This document shows positions 40,744 through 53,809 of a DNA stretch of 64,000 bases, one piece after another. Every line of letters starts with the position of its first letter. Positions within the stretch are counted from its first letter, which is position 1. The position numbers and the translations under genes were made by a program. Below the pieces are notes generated by a model, which was not told the DNA's origin, ran no database searches, and saw nothing but the letters and a program-made list of their open reading frames with translations. Origin of the DNA: Octopus vulgaris (lineage: Eukaryota); NCBI GenBank assembly GCA_951406725.2, contig OX597818.1, positions 123,132,001 through 123,196,000 of the forward strand, written 5' to 3'.

Positions 40744-42507
40744 ATAAGGTCATTGCGTGTTAATTGAATATATTAGAATAGTACCATATCACCAAAGTGC
40801 TGGTTATCATCCAAATAGCAAAAAACCAATATAAAATTTTGCTATTTGGAAGATTGCAGTGATACACTGATTGCAGTGATACACTGATGCTTCAGAAAGA
40901 AGTGATTCTTTAATTTTAATTTTTTTTTTATTTTTCATATGGGAGCACAGAGTTAAGATTAATCTAGATGAAAGGTTAAATGAACGAAGAAAAGTGGATT
41001 ATTCTTTATCTCGAAACATCTATAGATATTGTTTTTATCCGCAGATTACTCCTGGTCGGGTAGATTTATAATGAAATCATTCGAGCAGTGACAATCTATG
41101 AGGATTGCGATAAGTTTTTTGATAGTATCGGATTGGGTCATGATTTAAATGGAAAAACCAATTGAAGTGAGAACAATAATTACGGCGTCTTTGATATATT
41201 TGGTAGCTTTTTTATATTAGTAATGTTGTAATCAATGCCAGCCGTTATTGCCGCTGATACAAAATTTCACGTGATGAAAAGTAGTTCTGCATACTTCTCG
41301 GAGTGGACGCAATCGAAATGAATTTCTCAACATAGCGCCAGTAATCTCTGCCCGACCCCATTAGGCTTGGTAGGCCTTTCGACCTGTGTGTTTCTACTGA
41401 TAACATAAATGTACTTGAGATTATTCCACCTCTATAATTGTACATAAATGTTCAAAATATAGCATCAGAATTTAAAATATAATGCAGCCTGTTGTTTAGC
41501 ACAACAGAAATGGACTGCAAAGCCTATTCACGTCGAACATCAATTGTAGGGGTAGACAGAAAGTCTCCATAAATCCCTGGATTACCAGGGATTTATGTGA
41601 AAGACTCGAAGATGTCAAATAAATGTTGTTTGCTTCTATTTATAAAAGGAAATAAAATAAGTCACAGATCTAGAGTCTGTTAGATTGTCATAATTATAAA
41701 GAAGAAAGTTGAAGTATATCTAAAAAGATCCTTTACGCTTGAACGTCTATATTTGCTAGTACTAGTAGAAACCAAATATAAACTTAGTTTTTTTTTATTT
41801 AAAACTTCCTTACGTACATATTTTATGGTTCTTACACCCTGGAATCGTAGCTGAATAGTAACTACAATAAAAAACGTTATTTTTTGAATTCACTATATGT
41901 TATATAAAAGACGATGAATTAGCTACTACTGCTACTAATTACCACTTACATATTCCCGTGTACACACAAGCACGCACGCACACAGTCAATTTATTAACTT
42001 CATTCGATCTCAGTCCTTCATTGGTATTTATTTTATCAACCTCGCAATAATGACAAAGTTACCCTCACTCGGATTCGAACACTGAACACGTATCAAGAGT
42101 ACGTCATCATGTCTGTACATCCTGTCTGTATTCTCTATGTGTAAACCCATGCATATAACCCTTTCGCATCCCATCCATCTTTGTATATTTACTCTGACTA
42201 TGCTTGCATCGGCAACATATTCATGGGGTACCGGAATACAGCAAGTACTAGATAAAACGAGGTTCGGGATTACGAGTTGCATCTAACCGCCTGAACAACG
42301 ATGCGCAACGGTCAAACAAGGATCAAAGATCAATGCGCAACAGCCAGACAAATTAACCAGATTCCATATAAATATAGACTATTCCACGGAATACATTGTG
42401 CAACACTGTAGACTAATTGTTGTGTAGGCCTATTGAGTTAGAAAGTAGACAGTCCTACAAATATATTTGGATATTCTACCGTTGTATAATGAATATCAAC
42501 GAACCTA

Positions 42508-42715
42508 CAAGGAAGTTATGAAAAGTACATGGCTTTGGGTAAAAGAAAATAGAAGAATATCAGTTAATTATGATTTTACTTAACATATCCCCTTCTCCAC
42601 ATATTGCAGCGGTCCGGTAGTTTTTCTAAGGGTTGTAAAAGAACTCGGAAGGTTGGGCCCCCAACACGGCCTTTTGCGATACCTTTAAAGCCAGGAATTT
42701 TTCTTCATCCCCTCG
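42508..42715. mobile_element. Mariner-type MITE with TA target duplication
   Basis: TA|CAAGGAAGTTATGAAAAGTACATGGCTTT ... AAAGCCAGGAATTTTTCTTCATCCCCTCG|TA imperfect ~29-bp TIRs. Confidence 0.65.
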
Positions 42716-43182
42716 TACATTCTGGCATGCGACAGCGTGTAAGGGGAGGAACAATGCAACTTTAGAAAGTGGGTGCAGTTTGTCACACTAATATGGAAGT
42801 ATTTGTTGATGTATGTATGTACCAATATGTGCACCGAAGGTCCTGGGTAAACATATATGTAAGTACGACTGGATCTCTCTATGTGCGGAGGTGGGGTATT
42901 CGAGAATTTGCATGTGTGTGTGTGTGTGTGATTGTGTGTGAATACTTAGGTTCAGCGTCGTGTGTGTATACGGGACATTAATGCGTGCGAGTTATAAGTT
43001 ACGGATAGGCGAGGATAGTACATCTCGCCCGCGACCGACTACGGAAAATCTTATATGCATACACCTTGTTTGTCGATCAGACAGCAGATTGGCTGAACCT
43101 AGTGCTATAGGTTTGACCACTTAGCCGCCCTGATAGCGATTCATAACAGAAATGACAGTACTGTGTCTGCTATTCTTGATGA

Positions 43183-43345
43183 TGAGCTGGTAGAATCGTT
43201 AGCTCGCCTGACAAAAGGCTTTGCGGCATTTCTTCGAGGTCGGCTTTGCCTATCATATTTTTGGGGTTAATAAAACATGTGCCAGTTGATTATTAGATTC
43301 GATATAATTTACTCTCCCTACCCCTAATTTGCTGGCCTTGAGCCA
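43183..43345 (+). mobile_element. Degenerate SINE family M
   Basis: GAGCTGGTAGAATCGTTAGC..CGAGGTCGGCTTTGCCTATCAT. Confidence 0.65.
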
Positions 43346-43347
43346 AC

Positions 43348-43423
<76 letters not shown>

Positions 43424-44616
43424 TAATAATAATCGGTTCTACTATAGGCACAAGACCTGGAATTTTAGAGGAAGGGCCAAGTCGATTACATCGACACCAG
43501 TTTTGACAAAATTTTGTATTTTAGAAGTTATTTCGACAGAAGTTACAGAGTGACAATAGAATGTGTCACATAGAACAGAGTTTACTCTCAACGTTTTTGA
43601 CATTATTTTGTCTTTTAGAAGTTATTTCGTCAGAGGTTACAGAGTGACAATGGACAAATTCGTGTTTGATAAGTGTTAATACACGAAACTCTCAGTTTTT
43701 GACTTACTCTCTAACTTCTGCCGATGATATATATATATTCATATTACATATATGTGTAAAACAAACATCTCATCACGCAATCGAACCAATAAAAGAGCCT
43801 CTACGTGGTCGTTCGAAACGCTAAAAATACCAACCTAAAATCACACCCCCATTGCACGTAATGTCCTAGATTATCACTAAAAAAACAGTTTGCTAAAGGC
43901 TGGAATGTCTTTGATGATAGGTTTGCTGTATCAGGGTAGATTTCACTAAGAAAAAAAACAAGACATTGGATTTTTTGCGTGGAATCAAGTACACTCACCT
44001 CCTAATATGCTGCAAACCCCTTATTCTGATTCGAAAAAAAATGGGGCGGGAAACATTGGAATTTTTTTTTTTTCGGGAAATGAATTCCTGTGACCTTCTA
44101 ATATGCTACAATCCCTTTTTGGGGGGTCCAAAAGACGGGGTGGGGTGATGTGGAAGGCTATTTTTATATCTTAGTGAAAATCGTGCGGGTGAAAAGATCA
44201 ACGGGGTGAGGTGGGGTGAAATTTCTCTGGCTTCAGATTTCAGATAAGCCCAAAAGCCTATCTGTCTGTCGATATACTATATATATGTGTGTGTGTTTAC
44301 ATACATAAATACATACACACACACACACATACACAAACACACACACACACACACATATATATGTATAGGCACTGAGTCGAACCAGGGGCAACTGATGAAG
44401 GGGAATATTCCTTGTATTGTTTGTCTTATACTCTGTTTTTTCGTTGTTAAAAAAAGTCTGTTTCATTGTTTGTTTTTATGTTTTCGTTTCTCATTGTGTT
44501 CTACGTTTATTTGTGGTGTCCTGTACTCATATATATATATATCGCCATGTTGATTCGTTAGCTACTGCACGCATTTTTTTCTCTCCTTCTTTCTGTGTTT
44601 TTTTTCTCTCTGTGTA

Positions 44617-44654
44617 TCTTTCTGTTGAAGAGCGTAGGCTCGAAACGTTAAAGA
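44617..44654 (+). ncRNA. Minimal hammerhead-like motif (core CUGUUGA)
   Basis: TCTTT CTGTTGA A GAGC gtag GCTC GAAA CG TT AAAGA; perfect stems I and II, ACGT palindrome in stem III, A6->U. Confidence 0.6.
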
Positions 44655-44753
44655 CTTGTTTTATTTATATTTCCTGAGCGCCATACTAATACAATTGTTC
44701 GTTTGTTTTCCACCTGCCTTCGTCTTTTGTCTATTTTCATAAAGCTTCCCGTT

Positions 44754-44785
<32 letters not shown>

Positions 44786-45036
44786 ACATACATATAGATG
44801 TAGGTATATACATATATGTATGTATATATGCATATGTTTTATTTGTTAAATTGTATATATATATATATATATATGTATGTATATATATACATATATGTAT
44901 ATATATATATATAAATATACCAATTAAGGACAACTACTTAATAAGGAAAACTTAACAAGAAATTGTCAGGTAGATAGCGTGAAAACCTCATAAGAGAATA
45001 AATTTCGAAAATAATTATTTCTTATTGAACATATTA

Positions 45037-45157
45037 ATTTATATATAGAGGGCATTATACATACATGCCAGAGGGCATTATACATACATGCCACTTAGCG
45101 TGTGGCATGTATGTATAATGCCCTCTGGCATGTATGTATAATGCCCTCTATATATAA

Positions 45158-45159
<2 letters not shown>
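45037..45159. repeat. Perfect hairpin, 58-bp arms each containing two copies of a 23-bp unit
   Basis: (AGAGGGCATTATACATACATGCC)x2-AC, loop TTAGCGT, then the exact reverse complement. Confidence 0.95.
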
Positions 45160-45228
<69 letters not shown>

Positions 45229-45235
45229 TTAATAA

Positions 45236-45612
45236 TAAAATATTAGGGAATAAATCCAAACTTACAGGGAAAAATCAGATTTAGGATTAAATCCAATTTT
45301 ATAGTATAAATATATTATATTATATTATATTAAATTAAAGATGAAACCACTATTAGGCAAATCAAACAATGAAAAACATAAGCCAATACATAAAATTAAT
45401 TTAATTTATATTATTTTAAATATATATCAAAGGTATTAAAAGTTTAATAAAAGATAAAGAGTAAAACACTACGATCGTTTCATGGCTGTACAATTCGAAT
45501 AACAATAATTTAAATTCAATTAATAATTCGAGTTATGGTTACAGTCAATCTTCAGGTTAATTGAAATATCTAAAAAATAATCAGAAATGTTTAAACAATA
45601 TTTTAAAGATAT
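45236..45612 (-). mobile_element. PLE pseudo-LTR-like module (family A)
   Basis: Reverse complement homologous to 17375-17640 and 62160-62376. Confidence 0.75.
45467..45558 (-). ncRNA. Type I hammerhead ribozyme (family A copy)
   Basis: Minus strand: AAC CTGAAGA T TGACTGT...ACAGCCA T GAAA CGATCG TA GTG. Confidence 0.65.
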
Positions 45613-46249
45613 AAATAATATAATAATTTTACTTATAATAAACTCTATTATCAAACTAGAAACATAAAACTTAACAATTTGATTATATCAAAATCGACTA
45701 TAATGTTAAATATTAATTTCAATTTATAAGGTAGGAAACACACCAATAATCTAATATCGGTATTAATCTATATCTAATTACATAAATATTTAAAAATGAC
45801 TATTATATATAAATTATCAATGAAAATATATAAATGTATATAAATATTATAATTAAGATCTAAGATAATCTCTATAAATAAATATATGCGCACATATAAT
45901 AAAAACCTAATAAATTAATTTTCCATATTTAAAGATGAAATAGCTAATTTCAAAATACAAATAAACAAACTTAAACGAACTTTCGGAAATTTTATGTAAA
46001 ATACTTATAGAAATAATCAATTCGTAGTAATATAGTATCGAATAAATACTATAAATACTATAAATATAATTATCAATGGGAATAACTAGCGAATATCAAT
46101 TTAAAAAAAACAATAACTAAGTTATGCTATTAAATTAGACATGGCCTGGACCAATCTTTAGTCGAAACATATCTAAGTTTATCAAAGTTTATCTAATTTA
46201 ATTATAGGAAATTTAAAACTACAATTAATACTATTAAAACATGTATATA

Positions 46250-46570
46250 CAAAAGCCTAACTTTATACACCTCGTATACTTGCTATCAAACAACAAATCT
46301 ATCGCTAAGTAGTATCTTCCGAATAAACTTAAATTTAATATCTAATAATATAAAAAATTACGATAATTAGATCATTACATAAACAACGATATTTACATAG
46401 GGAAAATATTATTACACCAAAGACTTATACAATATTAAAATTTACAATTTGAAGATCTTAAATATAAATAAATACTTATCTTAGCGAGGTTTAGTAATGA
46501 ACTAAAATTTTGAATCGGAAAACGTCTTTACAGCGTTTATAAGAATACTCGTGGAATTACGTTATTAGCA
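46250..46570 (+). pseudogene. Heavily decayed GIY-YIG-like remnant within an A-rich PLE-like body
   Basis: ...YINNDIYIGKILLHQRLIQY*NLQFEDLKYK*ILILARFSNELK resembles the YIG..R..H...F....Y...T.L....LK pattern; many stops. Confidence 0.35.
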
Positions 46571-47729
46571 AAAAAATAATAAATTGTTGAAAAATTCATT
46601 AAGCGTGAGATTGTGAATGGGAATAGTAATGGTTTATCAGTGTAAATAGAATGAAGTCACAAATAAAGAATAAAATCCCTCTATACTATAATATTTATTA
46701 ATAAAATAACTATGATAAATAATACTTAATATAAAACAAATTAAATAATTTAAATGATTAAAAACCACTAATTATTAAATATATTCCAAAAATCTTATAT
46801 GATTAATAAATATATAAAAAAAAGTTTTATATAGTAACCCCTCATCATACTATAAAGTCTTTCCCCATGCTCTTATAGTTATAAGCTAAAATTAGTGATC
46901 ATAACCAAATCTATGAAATACTTATCAAAATTTGCAGTATAACTATACATACGTATACATAAATATATAAAAAAAAGATATACATATATATACATATGTA
47001 TATATACATACATATACATATACATATACATATACACATACATACACACATACATACATATACATATATACACACATATATACACACACATACGCACATA
47101 CACATATGCACACACATACATACATGTACATACATACAATACTCAATATATACACATACACCTATACACACACACACCCACACACATAAATAAATGTATA
47201 TACATATACATATATATACACGCACATCAACATATACACATATATACATACACACACAACCACATATATCGTATAATAAATACGTATATAAATGTCTATA
47301 TTCATACTACAATACAAAAATAGAGGTAAACATTAAGTTTAATCTAAATAATTAATCTACTAATCTATACTTCTATATTAAATAAAATAGATTAAATAAA
47401 CAACTAAATAAATCTATTTCAAAATAAAGAGATTACATACAAATAGATTAATATAACAAAATTATAATTTAACGAAATTATAACAGAAATATAACAAAAT
47501 ATATAAAATAAATAAAATTGTAACTTACCAGACTCTATATTCAATAAACCATTAAATATTTATTAAAAATATATTTAGTAATAAAATATTTAGTAATAAA
47601 ATAAACAACTATATATAATCTAACTATAATTAAAAACAGAACCTAAATAACTAAAATAAACTAATATAATAAGTACTACAAATCACCTGCTATATTTTAT
47701 ATATACATATATACATACACACATCCTCA

Positions 47730-48183
47730 GCAGTTTAAGTTTTTGGTTACTAAAAGCACAACAAATTTACTTACAAAATATTGTGAAACATGTGCACTCA
47801 ATACTGAACGTGAGAATACTTCGAGAATTGAATTTCCTCTTGAATTTAAATATCTTGTCATTCAAATTAACAGATGTTTAATTAATCTAAATATTAATAT
47901 GGAAGAAAGAATGAAATGTGATATAATAAAATTCAGTTCAAAAAGACAGCAAATATTTGGCACAAATTTTACTCTATAAGCTGCTGTTATTCATAGAGGA
48001 CCAACATCTAGAGCAGGCCATTATGCCACATTGATTAAAACTGGAGATGTTATTTGGGATCAAATCAGTGACAACATCATTACAAAAAGAAACTAAATTT
48101 CCTCCCGAATTGCCTGACATTGATTTATTATTTATAGAGAAGTACAGGACAAGTTATTACACCTGTAAAAGTATAGGCTATTA
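47730..48183 (+). pseudogene. Intronless C-terminal fragment of a ubiquitin-specific protease (peptidase C19)
   Basis: KYCETC..FKYLVIQINR..FTL*AAVIHRGPTSRAGHYATLIK..WDQISD..(frameshift)..DIDLLFIEK: CxxC, LxIQLxR box, His box (VxHxG...GHY), W..SD and terminal LLF box; one stop and one frameshift. Confidence 0.8.
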
Positions 48184-48397
48184 ATTCTAGTAAAAGCTAT
48201 TACTTCTAGTAAAATAAAGAATAAGGAACTTTTTACTTAAAATATTGCAGCTAAAATTAATATTGGAATATTAAAAATTATTTTAATATAGTTTACAATA
48301 ACACTATACGTAGTGTCTGGGTTAAAAGATTGAAAGGTTGGAAAAAATAACCAGGATGACGTATGATTCAGCAGAGAAACACTCTCTATGTATGTAC

Positions 48398-48428
<31 letters not shown>

Positions 48429-48509
48429 TGTATGTATGTATGTATGTATGTATGTATGTATGTATGTACGTATGTATGTATGTATGTATGTATGAATGAA
48501 TGTATGTAT

Positions 48510-48697
48510 ATGTGTGTCTGTTTGTCCCACCACCACCATTGCTTGACAACCGATGCTGGTGCGTTTGCGTCCCTGTAATGTAGCTATTCAGCGCCAGGCT
48601 TACAGAGAAGTCCATGGGTCGATTTCTTCGACTACAGGGTGGTGCTCCAACATGGCCACCGTCAGATGACTGAAACAAGTAAAAGAATAAAAGAATA
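48510..48697 (+). mobile_element. SINE family C 3' half
   Basis: GCTTGACAACCGATGCTGGTG...GATGACTGAAACAAGTAAAAGAATAAAAGAA. Confidence 0.8.
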
Positions 48698-48869
48698 CCA
48701 GAAAAACGTTCCGTACCACTAAACCAAGAAGTTTCTTTGAATATGTATGACGTATTTTAAGGTTAAATAGTAATTCTGTTTACGTTTGCGTAACTGAGAT
48801 ATTTTGGTTGGATTATATAGTTATTATTGTTACGTTACTTTCTATATTCTGTAATTGTCAAAATATACT

Positions 48870-49012
48870 TTTCTAGTCCTGAAAATTTTGTGGGGAGAGG
48901 GCCAGTTGATCAGATCGACCCCAGTACACAACAGTACTTAATTTATCGATCCCGAAAGGACGAAAGGTAAAGTTGACCTCGGAAGAATTTGAACTCAGAA
49001 CGTAAAGACAGA
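48870..49012 (-). mobile_element. SINE family M partial
   Basis: ATCGATCCCGAAAGGACGAAAGGTAAAGTTGACCTCGGAAGAATTTGAACTCAGAACG. Confidence 0.8.
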
Positions 49013-49136
49013 CGTTCATATTATGCAAACATTTCTCATGGAACCAGTACCCTGTTTATAGATGCTTACACTTTATACATATTTTTTCCGTGAATTTTTC
49101 ACGGGTCCAGGTAGTATTATATTATTATCTTATATT

Positions 49137-49665
49137 AAGGCGACGAGCTGGCAGAACCGTTAGCCCGCCAGACGAAATGCTTAGCGGTATTTTGTCTGCC
49201 TTTACGTTCTGAGTTCAAATTCCGCCGAGGTCGACTTTCCCTTTCATCCTTTCGGGGTCGATAAATTAAGTACCAGTTACGCACTGGGTCAATATAATCG
49301 ACTTAATCCGTTTGTCTGTCTTTGTTTGAACTCTCTGTGTTTAGCCCCTTGTGGGTAGTAAAGAAAAAGGTATTTTGACTGCCGTTACGTTCTTAGTTCA
49401 AATTCCGTCGAGGTCGACTTTGCCTTCCATCCTTTTGGGGTCGATAAATTAAGTACCAGTGACGCACTGGAGTCAATATAATCGACTTAATCCGTTTGTC
49501 TGTCTTTGTTTGTCCTCTCTATGTTTAGCTCCTTGTGGGTAGTAAAGAAATAGGTATTTTGTCTGCCTTTAGGTTTCGAATTCCTTTCGGGGGTCGATAA
49601 CATTAGTAATCGACTTAATCTCTTTCCCCAAAATTTGAGCCCTTTTGCTTCCAGTAGAAAGGATT
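49137..49665 (+). mobile_element. SINE family M with tandemly repeated ~180-bp body (2 full units + partial third)
   Basis: One head followed by repeated GTATTT..CTGCC..GTTCAAATTCCG..AAAGAAA units. Confidence 0.85.
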
Positions 49666-49761
49666 TATTAAAGTTGAAAAAGTGTGACACGCTGACATTC
49701 ACATTTATTATATTAGATTAGATATGTTGAATTTTGTGGAAATTTTTTTCCAGTTAAAGTG

Positions 49762-49810
<49 letters not shown>

Positions 49811-49814
<4 letters not shown>

Positions 49815-49973
49815 TAGAATAAACAACAAGGATATCAGAGGTAATGTAGTACGATCGCTTCATGCGATCCATTTAATTGAACAATGCAATGAACTGTTCA
49901 ATTAAATGGAGTGGCATGAAACGATCGTACTGCATTAGCTACCTCTGGATATCCTTGTTGCTTATTTTAATTT
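49811..49973. repeat. Imperfect fold-back (~75-bp arms) containing an HHR 3' half GAAACGATCGTA, in a (TA)n-flanked module
   Basis: 49811-49883 versus 49895-49973. Confidence 0.8.
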
Positions 49974-50055
49974 TAATCACCTTATTTTAAATTGTATGGA
50001 TAATTACCATACTAAAATCTGGTGCCTCAACTTAAGAACCATATTCATCTGAATT

Positions 50056-50116
<61 letters not shown>

Positions 50117-50119
50117 ATA

Positions 50120-51194
50120 TCAGGTTATCCCATAAGTTCTGTCCGAATTATGAATAACGAAAACAATTGATCAGATGTTATATTTAATTGAAATTTAACA
50201 ATCAATGTACTTTCCCTGATTATCTATGACTTCCTTCCATCTATTCACAAACATTTTAATCCCATTAATGTAAAGCACTTTTGGTTTCCAAGCGAAGAAC
50301 TCTGAAATGTCAGTTTCGGCCACTTCTTGGCTTGCGAAAGTTATGTCCCCCAAATGATTTTGTATACTATGTAACAAATGGTAGTGTGAAAGCGCAAGGT
50401 CGGGAGAATAAGGTGGATGAGGAATTTTGTCCCAACCAAAATCTTTGATCTTCTATTATGTGACCTTTGCAGTGTGGGGTCGCGCAATGTCCCGATGAAA
50501 CAAAACTCCATTTCCGATTCATTAAAGCGGGTCTTTTTTTCTTCAAAGCTTGGTTGAAATGCTCTAATTGCTGACAGTAGACTTGAGCATTGATTGTTGG
50601 ATTAGGTGGTAACAATTCAAAGTGAATTACTCCTTGCAATCCCACTAGATAGAGAGAAGAACCTTTTTTTTTTTCATGAAGTTCCCTTCTCGGTTGTGGT
50701 TGAGCGTTTTCTCTTTATCCAAGCCACTGTTTACGACGTTTAACATTTCGATAGAAGATCCATTTTTCGTCACCAGTCGCAAGTCTATCCAAAAAGGGTG
50801 AAACGAGTTCGCGTGAGTGGAGATAAGAGCAGATGTATACTCGGATTTGCGGTTGTTTTCGGACAATTCACTAGGCACCTATTTTCCACGTTTAGGAACT
50901 TTTCCAAGTTGTTGAAGATGACGATGAACAGTTGTATGGTTTGAACTAAGCTTTATTGCCAATTCTTCACCTGATAATGCAGGATTTTCTTCAAGTAATG
51001 CCTCGAGGAGCTTATCATCAAATTCAACTGGACATCTGATCGATCTTCATCTTCAAGGCTGAAATTTCAATTCTGTTATTCTGTAAAATAATATTTAATT
51101 AGTTTAAATGTACACAAATGCACAAAAATTATTTTTGTAAAATACTATTAAATTTCATTCAATTTTAAAGAAAGGTAAAATCGGACAGAAGTTA
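50120..51194 (-). mobile_element. Decayed mariner (DD34D) transposon
   Basis: LEDEDRSDVQ.., GK*VPSELSE, LVTxDEKW-like, GVIHFELLPPNPTINAQVYCQQL, HPPYSPDLA.., FVNRWKEVIDNQGKYID; TIR TCAGGTTATCCCATAAGTTCTGTCCGA with partial partner TCGGACAGAAGTTA at 51181. Confidence 0.9.
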
Positions 51195-52501
51195 CGTACG
51201 TATGTATTTATGTGTGTATAGTGAGAAATCAAGAAAGTAAGAAATAAAGCAAAAATGACATTGTTCAGTATGTCGGTGACAGGAATTTTTGTCAAAGATA
51301 CATAGTTAAACAAAGTTGTACATCATTTCCCTCTTTCCTTTCCGCTCTTTTTCTTTTTCTTTCTGTCTCTCTCTCTCTGTCATTGCCACCGCCCTCACCC
51401 TCTCTCACCTACTCTCACCCCATCATGAGGAATAGTAGGTGTGTCATTAAATAGTGAGTGCGGGTCAATGTGTGACACATTGACACACAGAAATTAGTTT
51501 TCGCATTTATTATACTAGATGATAAAGATAGATAAAAGAGAGTTTTTTTTTTTTAAAAAAAGCATCCGACTTCAACCAAACCATCATTAATTCTGGGACA
51601 ACCTGTATTTACTCGTCCGACAAAACAGAGGATGGAACACGGTAGTGATTAATTGCAGGTGGCTAGCATAGCTTCCGAAAGTGCTCATGCAATCAAACTC
51701 AAATGGCTCTGAGTCACAACAGCAGTTTGTTTTTTTGTACGAACATTTTGCAGTATATAGCTCAGATATGGATGACATAGAAAGTAGAAGTGCTGCCGGG
51801 CCATGTCGTGTTGCGCTGGACTGGAAACGTGAAACATCAACGGGGCACTTCTGGAGAATGAATGAATGGGTTTCTTGTGCCTTTACTCAGCTGTACACAC
51901 CGGCACATGACCCGGTGGTGCGCGAGATTGTAACCTGAAGCATCAATAGGGTACCGACAAAAATTTTAATGTTCTTCTCATTTCCTCTGCCAAATTGGAC
52001 AAAAAGGTTTTCATGAAATATACAATACTTATAATGCTTCAGTAGTGTCATCGTCGGAAAATGGCCGAAAACAAGAATAAAACCCAGTGCAGAATACTCA
52101 AATCTGATAAATCTGCATTTGGGGGGGGGAGTCCCATAGTCGGCGTTGGAAATTTTGTTTTAGTTAACAGAAATTCGAGGAGCCTGATTAATTTTTATTG
52201 CAAAAAGCGACTGGATATTCTTCATAGTACGAGCTTTAACGCTGCGAAAATGCTTTATAAATGCGGTTTATTTGCCCCTGGGCCCACATTAGGCAAGCAG
52301 TTGCATGTGTAATGCATGTGTAAAATTTCATTAAAATCGGTTGGGAGGAACTTGAGTTTTAAAGAGTTTTAACGTGTTTTATATAGAGAGATATAATGCC
52401 ATATATGTTTTCTCTGTATTATATTAATACTATGCACGCGCGTGTGAACACTGTTAGATAGACAGATTCATAGATAGATAGGTATATGGATAGATAGATA
52501 T

Positions 52502-52565
<64 letters not shown>

Positions 52566-52706
52566 TGCGAATGTATACATTTATGTAGGTATGTATGTAT
52601 GCATGTATGTATGTATATTTATGTATGTATGTATCAGCCTTTTGGCAAAGATCAATGTGTAGAGTAGCTATATATATATATATATATATATGCATGTATG
52701 TATGTA

Positions 52707-52815
<109 letters not shown>

Positions 52816-53600
52816 ATGTATGTATGTATGCATATGCATACTCACACACACACACACACATATATATACTCACACGTACACACATACATATATATATACG
52901 TGCATGTGTGTGTGTGCGTATGTGTTTGTTTGTGTGTGTGCGGAGAGAGATTTGAATAAGGAAATTGGATAACTAGATAGGTAGACATAGAGGTGTAACC
53001 AATCTATTGTAGTCCGAATATTATCGCATGATTGGAGACTACGCTTATTACCGTCCACGAGTATGGTTAGCATGGTGAAGAATATGAGGCACCAGGTTGA
53101 GCATATTGTATTTCGCAGCATCGTTCTGCATTTAGTTCTGACTTCCAATTTATCCATATTTCACGGTGCTACGTTTTACTCCTAGCTGGGAGTCGGTTAT
53201 CAATATAACCGGTAATGTTAATATAACATGGAATAGACGAAACTTCCAGTATGTCTTCCTTATAAATGACATTATGTGTAAGCAGTAAATCATTACTCTA
53301 GATTGCTATTAACTTCATTTCCACGTTCAGCATTATAGTTTACTCCTGGACAAATCTTATTTTGGGCTGTCGAAGAGGTGCATAAGTAACGTTGTCTGCT
53401 ATATAGTAGAAATGATATGTACTTTCACTTTCGTTTTAATTAATGTATCAAGTCTATATTTATAAGTTTGTTTTATACCCAACGGGTCCAACTGGATTTT
53501 GTAGTGAATCCACGGCGTGTTTTCGACAGTAACCTTAGAGAGGCTAGTACCCTTTAATTGGAATCCGTTACACAAAAATATTTTTAAATTGTTATGCTTA

Positions 53601-53638
<38 letters not shown>

Positions 53639-53809
53639 TGTTTGTCTGTGTGTGTGTTTGTGCGTGCATGTGTGTGTTTATGTTTGTATATAGAAAATTT
53701 CAACAAAAACTCTTCATACTGTCCAGCTATTTGAAATTGAAGTTTCTTCAACTAAAAATCAGCGTGCAGCAAAATGAACTAACACATTTGTAGGTTGAAT
53801 AAAAGTGAA

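Noticed and set aside
41245-41445. Non-repetitive 66-aa ORF
   Set aside because: No recognisable motif and no convincing splice context
43500-43650. ~95-bp spaced direct repeat resembling a repeat-spacer unit
   Set aside because: Only two units within a dispersed repeat also seen near 12150-12222; eukaryotic context and no cas genes, so not CRISPR
51540-52380. GC-richer block ending AAAATTTCATTAAAATCGGTT, suggestive of a non-autonomous DNA or rolling-circle element
   Set aside because: No TIRs, TSD or coding motif could be established by eye
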